This document shows, piece after piece, positions 23,115 to 41,344 of a stretch of DNA of 64,000 nucleotides. Position numbers and translations under genes: made by a program. Under the pieces are notes generated by a model, which ran no database searches, had not been told where the DNA came from, and saw only the letters and a list, made by a program, of their open reading frames with translations. Source of the DNA: the human T2T-CHM13v2.0 reference genome, Homo sapiens. The stretch lies in assembly GCF_009914755.1 (NCBI RefSeq), contig NC_060935.1. The stretch is one strand, 5' to 3'. How positions within the stretch are numbered: the stretch's first letter is position 1; each line of letters starts with the position of its first letter.

Positions 23115-25397
23115 TAATGGCCATGGTGGTCTGTCTGGAGTGGCCACTGCGAGGACACCATAAGCAGCGGGGTAGGTGCAGCCAGGGCTGCGCACTCTAT
23201 AGAGCCAACGGGGCCCAGAAATAGGTGATCCCGGCAGGGGGCCTGCACCCTACCAAGTTGGGAGTGGCAGAAGCCTGTGCTCCCAGGGGTGACTGCAGCC
23301 ACCCAGCTGTGGCTCCAGACCCAGGCCTCCCTGTACTCTCAGGGGCCTGGACAGTACCCTGTCCCCATAGGCTTGGAAATGCTTGCTTCCAATCCCTGGC
23401 CTCTTCCAGCCCCTGCCTCACAGTGGAGCGAAGTTGTGGACACGTCCTGATAACTGAGCCTGGGCACTGTCGTGACCTGACCGGGTGTGCATGTGGTTGG
23501 GGCAGCACTGATATGCCAGCCTCCCCACTGCCTCTGCCCCCTCTGGAAACTGCTTCTAAGGCTAAAACTTTGAGCACCAACTAGCACAAGAGTGAGGATG
23601 TGGCCAGGGGTGGGAAGGCCTGAGGGTGGCTCTGGGCCTGCAGGCACCCCTCAGCACAGCCTGTGCACTGTGGACAGCATGTTGATGGTGGTGGGAGGCA
23701 GAGAGGTTCCTAGGTGGGAAAGTGCAGGTCCCCAGTAAAACCCAGCCTTCCAGCCAGGGACAGCCTGAAGCCTGGGGGCTGGGCTGCCCTTTCCAGGTGA
23801 AGTCCGCAACCTGGAGTGATAACTTTCTTGATGCTTTTCAGCCAATCGATTGGTGCTTTCTCTGGGCCCACTCATAGACTGATCAGCACACACTTTCTCC
23901 TGCTTATGTGACCAATCAGCACACACTTCCTCCATTCTGAGCCCATAAAAACTCTCAACTCAGCCAGACTCAGACAATGGTTGGGACTACCTGCCTGTGG
24001 ATAGGAGGTACCCACTTCAGGTCTTCTCTCCACTGGGGAGAAGTTGGTCACTCAATAAAGCTCTTCTCTGCCTTGCTCACCCTCCAGTTGTCTGCTTAAC
24101 CTCATTTTTCTGGGATATGGGACAAGAACTTAAGAACCACCAAATGGCAGGAGCAAAAGGAGTTGTAACATGTTCCTGGCTGACTTGCTGAGATGTAGGT
24201 GGACTGCAGAAGTGAAGAGTATTTACTGTATTAGTCCATTTTCATTCTGCTGATAAAGACATACCCAAGACTGAGCAATTTACAAAAGAAAGAGGTTTAT
24301 TGGACTTAGAGTTTCACATGGCTTGTGGGGGGGCTCACAATCATGGAGGAAGCCAAGGAGGAGCCAGTCATATCTTACATGGATGGCAGCAGGCAAAGAG
24401 AGAGCTTGTGCAGGGCAACTCCTGTTTTTAAAACCATTAAGATCTCATAAGACCCATTCACTATCACGAGAATAGTACAAGAAAGACCCACCCCCATAAT
24501 TCAATCATCTCCCACCAGGTCCCTCACACAACAAGTGGGAATTATGAGAGCTACAAGGTGAGATTTGGGTGAGGACACAGAGCTAAACTGTGTCAGTGAG
24601 CCTTCTGGGGGCCCACACCTTGGGATTCCCGAAGCCAGAGCTTAATAATATAGACCTCCCACCCTTTGCCAGTAACAGATGGCTGCCCCATATGACAAAA
24701 AGCAGCAGCAGGGCCAGGCCAGCCCAGGAGCCATGGGCCAGAGTGGGATGGTGAGACTGAAAGAGCTGCAACACAGATGGGTTGAAACATGCCCCTCCAT
24801 ACATGGTCCCTGCCCGCCCCACCCCACCCCCTCTCCCCGGCTGGCCAGGCTGCAGACAACAAGAAGAACAAGAAGGAGAGAAGAGCTGTGGCCCTGCTGG
24901 GAACCCAGATCTAGAGGATCCCTGAGCCAGGGTTGTAACATGTTGTAACTTGTAACATCCTCTTTGGGGCTCTGCAGTTCCTGGCATCTCCAAACTTTCA
25001 GGCATCACTGTGTTTCCCTCATCCAGATGCTGGTGCCTGCAGTGGAGGCTGCTTGAGATACATCTGGTCCAGTCACAGCCTTGATTGGGGCCAGTGCCTG
25101 TGCCAGCACCTGGAGCTGCCTGCCCCACCACAGCAGCCAGCGTGCCTGGCTGTGCACAGAGGCCAGACCTGTGCTCACTCACTCACACGCCCCTCACCAC
25201 TCTGTGCCTGGCTCACCCTTGGCAGGCATGGGATCTCGGCCAGTAGCACGAGCCAAGCACAGCCTGCTGGGCCAAGTGGGTAAAACGAGCCCAGTGGGTG
25301 CGAGCAAGACTCAAGCAGAGGCACCACCAGCCGCCGAGGCACCACCAGCCACAGAGGTTTCTGGCTGGTGAAGCAACACCTGAAGAATCCTATGGCA
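23115..25397 (+). mobile_element. MER52-family (ERV1) long GC-rich solo LTR, interrupted by a THE1 LTR
   Basis: Start ..tctggagtggccactgc.., repeated ccaatcagcacacacttcc, cccataaaa, aataaagctc, end ggtttctggctggtgaagcaacacctgaagaatcctatggca; TSD tttt. Confidence 0.85.
24227..24595 (-). mobile_element. THE1B/C single LTR
   Basis: tgtattagtccattttcattctgctgataaagacatacc..aggaggagccagtcatatcttacatggatggcagcaggcaaag..ctaaactgtgtca. Confidence 0.92.
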
Positions 25398-25974
25398 TTT
25401 TCCTGACTTTGAAATTTACCCACTTAGTCAAGAAAATATGAAGCTATTCATTCCCTTTACTTGTCTAGCAGAATATTTCCACATAGAAGATTTTAGTCTT
25501 TGTCATCAAGACTGCGTAACATTTAACACTCCACCACATCAAAATGCTACTTACACATACATAATAAACACTCAGAGAGGAATGCTGCCTCAGACATCAT
25601 CTTTTCTTCACTCTGTCTAAAGCATGAATGTCCTTAGATGTTCATTCAAAATTAGTGCCAGGGAGTGCTATTTGGCAAGGCCACTTAGAATATAGTAATT
25701 AATTAGAATGCATTTATTAAATTAAGCTGAAACTATCCTCTCTAACTTTCACTGATGATTCATATATAAGCCATGTGGACTCAAATAAATTCTCATCCTT
25801 TCTACTTTAGAACTGCTTTTGAAGTGCTTTTAGATATATTTGGACCTCCTAAATATTCCTTTTTCCTTTCTTTTGGCTGGATATTTTTTAAAAAATTAAG
25901 CCCCCTCCTCAAATTCTAGAACATCCAACTTTTAATTTCCTGCCTTGCATTTGATATCTTACAGTAATGTGAAT

Positions 25975-26430
25975 AGATGAGTAAGGGTAATATCAACTGT
26001 AACAAATGGATTCAAAAAATATATAATGTCTTAAATACAATAGAAGTTTATTTATCACTCATGTTATTGGTGGGCAGCTCGTTTTGACTTGGTGTTATGG
26101 ACAGCTAGGAGGTTCACATCCCTTGGCTCTCTGATCCCCCAAGGTTTCATTATTATTGTTTGCATCCAACAGATAAAAGGAGACAGAAGAGTGTGGAAAA
26201 GAAATATTACTTAAAAACTCTTTTCTAGATACTCATCACTTATGTTTACACTCTAAGACAAAAAAAGAAAAAAAAAGAATCAATCACATGGTTATCTCTG
26301 AATGCAAGGAGGCCACGGAGGACAACCCTGGGAAAGATGGTCTCCTCTTTGGTTGTCACTTCCCTGGAACAACCTTACATTATCACTAAAGGGGAGAGAA
26401 AATTGTGTGTGTGACAGTAACCTTATCTGC
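25975..26430 (-). mobile_element. MLT1 (K/L-like) LTR, degraded
   Basis: ctgtaacaaat..cttaaatacaatagaagtttatttatcactcatgt..aatcacatgg..tgcaagggaggc. Confidence 0.55.
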
Positions 26431-27000
26431 CATAGTGTGAGGGTAGATCAGATTTAGCAACCAAGTAGCAAAGTGCCAGAAGCCTCAGGTTAACAAGAAT
26501 TTCTCCTTTATAGGTCGTCTTCTCTCTAAGCCCTAGCTGTGCCACCCTCTCCATTATTCTCACCCTCTCCCGTGACTTTCTACTCTGATCAATTAAAAGA
26601 CTCACCCAATATTTTGTGTGACCCTATGAAAGGAAAAAAAAAACACTGCTGATTATTCTGACACCGTTCTTTCAGAGCACAGTGACTGTATGATATATCC
26701 CAATATCTGAAGTTTTAAAATTGGGGAAAAAAAGCATCTTAGAATCACAATGTATGGTATCTGCTGTCTTATACAAACACATACATGCGCACACTGCAAT
26801 GCATAGCTTGTTCTATTTTCTTTCTCCTATTTCAGAACTTCCAGGTATTACTCCTTTAATCTAATATACCTAAAGCTCACAGGAGATTGTTTTAACAATC
26901 TGGGAATCTCTCAATCACAGGACACTTATCTATCATGCCCCTTGTAACATGTTGTTACAAAGAGTGTAGCTCAAAACCTTGCTTTTTGAGTTTTCTGAAT

Positions 27001-27082
27001 CAGTCTGAAAATCATACTCCTTGTAACACAGTATGAAACATACTCCTTGTATCTCAGTCTGAAAATGATACTCCTTGTTACA
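27001..27082. repeat. Three-copy ~27-bp tandem repeat
   Basis: cagtctgaaaatcatactccttgtaaca / cagtatgaaacatactccttgtatct / cagtctgaaaatgatactccttgttaca. Confidence 0.9.
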
Positions 27083-29594
27083 AGTCAGCAGAGACATGAA
27101 GGACAGGAGAGGCAATGGAGTCTCCAAGGCTCTAGCCACACCCAGCATACACTGAGGGAGACAAAACAAAAACAAAAACAAACAAAAAAACACACAAAGA
27201 AACGATTTTCTTTGTATTACCCACAGTTCTCAACTTTATTGATATGGATTGAAACTTAAAACTAGAAAATCTTCTCCTCTTTTTTGTAAAGAGAAGAGAG
27301 ATGAGTACAATTAAATTCCCGGACTTTTCCTCTCACCAAGTCACCATTTCACTGTCCAGCCACACCAACAGTTCAGCGCTTTCTTGGCAGTAGAGGCCAA
27401 AAGCTTCCAAATAGACTCTGAAAGTGGCTACGCAGCCATGACAAGTGACGAGAACCCCTTGTTTCTGACAGGAAAACAACTCAGGAGCTGCTTGCCACTT
27501 TCACTGGGGCCTTTTGGAAAGCCTGACTTCGATGGGCCCTAGGGGTGCATTGTTGAGGGGGGAGATGAGAGAGCTCAAGAGGCTTGTGGAATGTGAGCCA
27601 TGGCTTTTGAAATTACTTCTTCCTGTGGGCTGATTTTGCAGTTTGATTTTACTTTTAAGAGAGGAAATATAGAGCCAGTCTCTAACACTTTAACTCATTT
27701 GCCAGAAGAAAATCATATCAGAAAGCAACAGAGTTACCCCAAAGGCCCTGGAGTGGGTGGGGGGTGGGAGAATCAGAGGCAATGGGGGAGGGAGAAGAGA
27801 AGGAGAAGAAAAGAGGGGACTGTGGAACTGCAGCCCAAGAAAAACCTATAAACCTTTAATCCCTTATGCACTGCAAAGTGATTAAACTCACCTACCTCAC
27901 ACCTGCCTTAGAAAGAATGCAGATATATGGAAGAAGAGAATATTTGCAAACTGCACTTTGGACCCATGAAAAGTTCATTTGGAATTCAGAAGGCTGATCC
28001 CACTTAGGGTGTGAAATATACACGGGTTCTGGCTGCAAAATTGGAGGGGAAAGGTATGAGCCATTATGAACCAGAAACCTGTCTTGTGTTTCTCCAGAGA
28101 AAGTGGACTATGAACAATCGAAAGAAAGTGGTGGATGGTTTCTGGAAGGACAAGTCTGCACCAGAGAATAAAAGGGCATTCCTTAGGGTTGCTGAGGATT
28201 TTCTTTGATTGTATTCTGCTAATGTGTGTGCAAGGCAGATATAACACATTTGTGGAAGGCTCTAGAGACATTTTCTACAAATTTTACCCTGGTTTCAGGT
28301 AGTTTTCTTCTCCCCTCATTTTAATGTCATTATTATAAATTGGACTTAAAAAGTTGACATAAGAGTTGTTTGTGTCTTTTATAGAACTTTTTATACAATA
28401 CCAAGTTAGGTGAATTCACTACATTTGTTTCTTTTTTGTGTATAATACATTCATTTTATTCTCTAACAATTTCAATATGTGTTTCCAAAAAATTTGGAAA
28501 TGCCACTCAGTATAATCTTATCACTCTTCTTTTACTTTTTAAACTTTTAAAACTATTTTTCAAGTGATAGGGTAGTTAATATAATTGTTCCAATAGATAA
28601 TTAGTCATAGAGTACAATAAGCATCTGGAAACTCAATACATCAGTGACAAAAGAATATGATGAAGGAAAACTAAACAACTGCCTGGCCAATATAAGTATG
28701 CAGTAAAATTAGGATTCTTAAATGGTTTTGTGCAAGAATAACAATCCAAAGACTTTGCATTTCTATAGTGTCATTATCATCATCATCATTAAGATTTTTA
28801 TTATTGAGTCTGACCTTATGAAAAGACAAAGAAAATAATCTACTATCTGGGAGTAATTTGTTCCCCCATATGATGTGAATTAACTTTTCCTGGAGAACAG
28901 GGTTCTGTTCCAAGCTCTGAGAAGAGATAATCTCTGGGGAGCTCATGCTAATGTGAATGCAGCAGCAGAGGCTGCAGCCAGGAAGCAGAAGATTGTGAGG
29001 CCATTCTTTAACCAAAAGGAATCTGTCTCCTGCAGCTCACAGAAGCTCCCCGCTCCCCCTCTGACTTAGTGCACATTCCCAAAGTATTGCAATCTGTCTG
29101 GGCCTCCTGATGAGCTAGATTACTCCAATACATCCTGCAGAGATTGCAGAAAGTCTAGTTTTCCCAGGAGTGACACAGCAGAAACAGGAGGGACTTGATA
29201 TTCTACCTATGTTTCTGACATGTTACCTGATCACACAGCAGGGGAGAGGGAAAGAGTGGTTTCTTTTTTTTTTTTTTTTTTCCAGCCAGTCTTTCATTTT
29301 CCTTAGTTTCCCTAGGGACTTTCATGACCCTTGATGCCCACTATTTGCTTTATATATGCAAACCAAGTCAACACAAATCATATCACAACCCTATCTCTGG
29401 CACAAATGCCATCAATTCATGACTGAGAGAATCTAAAGTTCAAGAGCAGAGGATTTATATCAAACCAACACCCTCACTTATTAGCAATGTCACCTTGGGC
29501 AAATCGGGTAACAGCCTTAGTGATACAATGTAAATGCCCAATAAATGGTAGCTTTTAATATTATCTAATGCTGTATTAAGGAATAATATGTATG

Positions 29595-36156
<6,562 letters not shown>

Positions 36157-36392
36157 TGAAGGGTAAGGTCTTTAGCTCTGGCAAATTGTCATATTGAGTA
36201 AAATTTTTCCATTGCATGAGATATTATAAGTTAGGCATGTGGAAAGGGCTCATTGTTTTATCAAGAGTCTTTTTTTGCGTTAACTAAAACCAACTGGATT
36301 TAGGTTCAGCAAAAGAAAAATAAGGTAGAGTAGAGGAGTGTGATATATAGGTATCAGTATTTCTTAGAATCAAAGTAGCTGAATCTCTAGAG

Positions 36393-36684
36393 CACCAGTG
36401 TCTAATAGAAGTCTAATAGGAAACACATTAATAAGGTTAGATTTCCTAGTAGCCATTTTAAAAAAGTAAAAGGGAATAAAGTTAAATTGATTTTAACCCA
36501 ATATATCCAAAATATTGTCATTTCAACATGGAATAAATATAAAATATTGATGAAATTTTAAAACTATTTTTTGCACCAAGTTTCTGAAATCTAATGTATA
36601 TTTTACACGTACAGACAACTTAATTTGGACTAGCCACATTGCAGGGACTTAGTAGCCACAGGTGACTACCATGTTGGAAAGCAG
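36393..36684. mobile_element. MER33 (hAT-Charlie MITE)
   Basis: ttcctagtagccattttaaaaaagtaaaa..aacccaatatatccaaaatattgtcatttcaacat..ggactagccacatt; perfect 8-bp TSD ctctagag. Confidence 0.88.
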
Positions 36685-36692
36685 CTCTAGAG

Positions 36693-37020
36693 ATTCCTGA
36701 AACCAAAAACTAGACAGCTGTCTGTAATCAGGTAGTAGTTTCTCTGCTTGATTCTCTTCTGTTCTCTACTCATATTCTTATTCCTTTGCAGAACAACTTT
36801 CTCTGATCTCTGTGGACATGCTTAAAATGGCTGACTCACACAGCAAGAGTATTTAACTGTGCCTAAAATCAACCCACATTCAGATGCTAACTGTAATCCT
36901 ATTCCCTGATCCATCAGGAAAAAGAGTCTGATTGACATAACTTGTCAAGTGTTCGCCCCAGCTTCTATCAACTATGGGGAAGGAAGGGCCAGAAGAGGTG
37001 TAACCATCATGGCTACCAGG
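36693..37020 (-). mobile_element. Degraded MLT1-like LTR (may continue left of MER33)
   Basis: aaatggctg.., agagtctgattg.., atcaactatgggg.., catggctacca. Confidence 0.4.
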
Positions 37021-37257
37021 TTTCGAAATATTTACATTACATACTGCATTTATTAAAATACAAATTAAATCTGCAATAAAAAACTAATTGACCATTCTCT
37101 GGGATTCTGTCTATGGGTAATATTTTCTGCAGAAAATGTTAACCTCTCCCTTAATGGTAATGGTTAAGCTAAGTTGGTGCTTGATCTTTATTTTGATTTT
37201 TTGTTTGTTTATTTGAGCTGTGAACATTGGACAGTCCATGAAATTAATATACTGAAT

Positions 37258-37452
37258 CAGGGATCAGCAAATGTTTTTTTAAAGGCCAGGCAGTAAATAT
37301 TTTCAGCTGTATGAACCAAGAAACACAATTGAGGATATTGCATAGATATAGTGTAACCATTTTAAAATCTTAAAACCATTCCCAGCTTACAAGCATGCAA
37401 AAAATAGGGGACAAGCCAGATATGCTGTACAGGCATAGTTTGCAGACCCGTG
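37258..37452. mobile_element. MER58 (C-like) hAT-Charlie MITE
   Basis: caggggatcagcaaa..aaaggccaggcagtaaatattttcagct..catagtttgcagacccgtg. Confidence 0.8.
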
Positions 37453-37879
37453 TCCCACATATTTCTGTTCCTATCATCTACAGGTACTAAGTGATGGTCT
37501 CCAGGTATAAGCCTGGCTCTTTCACTGCACCATGAAAACCTGTAACAGACCTTAATGTGAGCAGCATGATGAAGTTCAGCTTCACTATTCCAAAATTAAA
37601 AAGAAAGAGACTGTTCTGTGATGAAGCAAACTCATTCCCAACACTAAATGGGCCACACTCCCTCCTGCTGCTTTGCTACTTTTAGGTTTCCTATAGTCTG
37701 GGCCTTTGAGGGGGCATTTGTCTGACACACACAGAGATGGCAGAGCTTTTGAGGAAACTCACCTCCTAAGAGGGCATGCTTCTGAAATGCCCAGTCACAG
37801 ATCATAGCACACCCCCAGGTGAGCTACTGTTATAACTTTTTTACTAGCAATTATTCTCACCAGTAATATGTCAAGCCAC

Positions 37880-38090
37880 TTTTCAGGACCGTTAGATACA
37901 GAAGACAGTATTCTATATTTAACCCTGTTATCTTGGGCACATAACCTCTTTAAGCCCATGTCCCACTATATAAAAATTAAAGTTGAATGCCTACCTCACG
38001 GGGCAGCCATTAGGACTAATGCAAATAAAACACTTAGCACTGTGCTTGGCATATATTCAACCACTAAATATATGCAAGCAGTGATGATGA
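37880..38090 (+). mobile_element. MIR followed by (GAT)n
   Basis: cttgggcacataacctcttta..cctacctcacgggg..aaaacacttagcactgtgcttggcatata. Confidence 0.7.
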
Positions 38091-38332
38091 TGATATGATG
38101 ATGGTGATGATGGCAGTAATGATTAAGATTCAGAAGGCCAAACCAAGAGTTTCTCCTAGAAACACATGAAGTTAATCTTCAGGAAATCTAAGTTGCAAGT
38201 GCCTTAGTCCCATTAACAGACATGCTGATATTTGAAGCTTACTGATATGATCCAGATTTGGAATTATCACATTAGTCACCACTCTGCAATTTCTCATCAC
38301 TCCAATTTCAGATATTTTAGTGAGGGACACAA

Positions 38333-38646
38333 TTTCCCAGCAATGTGTTCTGTGAAAAACAGAACAGTTTTTGGATTGAATAGCTTACATACACATGTGC
38401 AGACACACCATACATACATAGGTTCTGTGGACAAACAAGTTTGAGAGATACTGAGCTAAATAAAGTTAAACACTTTTCATATCAGTTATTTTTAAAGCAC
38501 ATTTATTATGACAATTTACATTGTGACTCTCTACGAAGAAACTAAAGAAAAAGTAACACTTCCCAAATTCATTAATAGAGGCAGTCTTTTATTCAGTGAG
38601 CTGCTTGTTGTATCAGCTTTCTATGGAACACATTTTCAAAATGATG
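38333..38646 (+). mobile_element. MER103-like hAT-Charlie MITE (second copy)
   Basis: tgtgttctgtgaaaaac..ggttctgtggacaaacaagtttgagagatactg..aaagttaaaca..ctatggaacacatttt. Confidence 0.65.
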
Positions 38647-38659
38647 ACATTAAAAATGA

Positions 38660-38870
38660 GCATTTACTGATCAATTAATATATGCTATACTGTCTGCTAA
38701 GAACTTTTATTTAACTTTCAAAATAACCTTATGAGGTAGGTACTATTCTAGCACCAATTCACAAATGAGGAAACTTCTCAGGAAAACTTAAATTTCCCAC
38801 ATTCAGACAGCAGAATCTGTATTTGACCCAAGTAACCTGAATTCAGAGCCCGTGCTCTTGATCCATGTAA
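38660..38870 (-). mobile_element. MIR
   Basis: aaccttatgaggtaggtactatt..acaaatgaggaaact..tttgacccaag..cagagcccgtgctctt. Confidence 0.75.
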
Positions 38871-39149
38871 GTAATGAAATATGGAGAAAACTGATACATC
38901 ATGTCCTATAGTCTAGATTAGGAATTGGATGGAGACAAATCAGAGGGGGAAAGTGGATGTTTTACATTCCTAACAATAACTCCCAAAACTGCTTCTCCTT
39001 TATTTTAAATGGAAGGTTCCTCTCCATCCATTTTTTTTTTGCCAATTTGAGAATTATCTCACTTTTATCCTGAACCATTAGATTTAATAATACTGGATTC
39101 TGATTCTCAGAGTGAATGTTTCTATTTTCAAGGTTAACTGTCTGTTGGA

Positions 39150-39415
39150 GTGTTTATGGTATAAGATCATATTCTTAGAAACATAGGATCCTGTCTTTGA
39201 TACTGACTGTTCCATTCAATAGCTCTGAGACCTTGAGCACATTATAGGACTTCTCAGAGGCTCAGTTTCCCCACCTATAGATCAAGAATAATGAGACTTT
39301 TAAGAAGTGATTACTTACAGGTAGAAATTTATGTAATTTAATAAGTTAATATTTGTATATGGCTTAGTGGAGAATCTGGTATGTAAATAGGAACTATATC
39401 AGTGTTCGTTAAATA
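39150..39415 (+). mobile_element. MIR
   Basis: tagctctgagaccttgagca..ctcagtttccccacctata. Confidence 0.7.
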
Positions 39416-39547
39416 AAATAAACAAACCATGTAAAGTTTTAAAATGGTATACATTAACCATTCAACAATGTTAGTTTTTATTATTATATTAGAAAATTTG
39501 GAAAATATTATCAAGTATAGGTCATCAGGAAATTTACAATTATCTTC

Positions 39548-40340
<793 letters not shown>

Positions 40341-40342
<2 letters not shown>

Positions 40343-40437
40343 ACTATCACAAGAACAGCATGGGGAAAACTGCCCTCAACCTGGTGGGATTACAATTTGA
40401 GATGAGATTTGTGTGGGGACACAGCCAAACCATATTA
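40341..40437 (-). mobile_element. MST/THE1-type LTR 5' fragment
   Basis: cactatcacaagaacagcatgggg..gagatgagatttgtgtggggacacagccaaaccatatt. Confidence 0.8.
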
Positions 40438-41036
40438 ACAAAGTATGCCTGTATCCCCAAATCCTTTGTATTTTGGTTCTTTATGTTCCAAGAAATAATT
40501 TTTTCTGGAAATTTTAATTATTATCAGAGCAGTTGAGAACTCAGAAATAAAGAAAAAAAAAGCCCCTAACTCCTATAATAACTGCTCAATTCCCTTGCAC
40601 TAAAAGTTTAGTATTTTGTGGAACAAGAAAATAGTCTCTTCATTTATACACAAGAATAAATCTCTGAGTCACCTGAATTCTCATAGCTCAGTAGATTAGA
40701 AACAGTAAATTCGGAGACAGATGGCCACATGAACCCTGGGAGGGGTAGTTGATGGCTGGACAATGAAAAAGAGAAAAACAAAACCTACCAGAATAGAACT
40801 TAATGCAATTGCCAGTAGCCATCGTGCTCTTTGGAGTTACTGAGAAAGTGTCACATTATAATCCATATTTTAAGAAAGCAAGAAATTATAAAGTGTAGAA
40901 AGAGTTATTTCAAAAACAATTGAAAATCATGGTTAAAATAGTAAAACTTCAGTTATACAGAAGCTTCACTTCTATGATCCCAAATTTCCACATAATAAAG
41001 TGTCATAGTATTTGATTTGGATGACTAAATTTATGA

Positions 41037-41344
<308 letters not shown>

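Noticed and set aside
24583-25182. 199-aa ORF and many overlapping ORFs at 23.1-25.4 kb
   Set aside because: They lie in the GC-rich MER52 LTR, where stops are rare in all frames; no recognisable domain.
23115-25397. GC-rich block as a CpG-island promoter
   Set aside because: CpG-depleted and fully explained by the MER52 LTR.
27001-27082. CRISPR-like 27-bp repeats
   Set aside because: Head-to-tail with no spacers, in primate DNA, with no cas genes.
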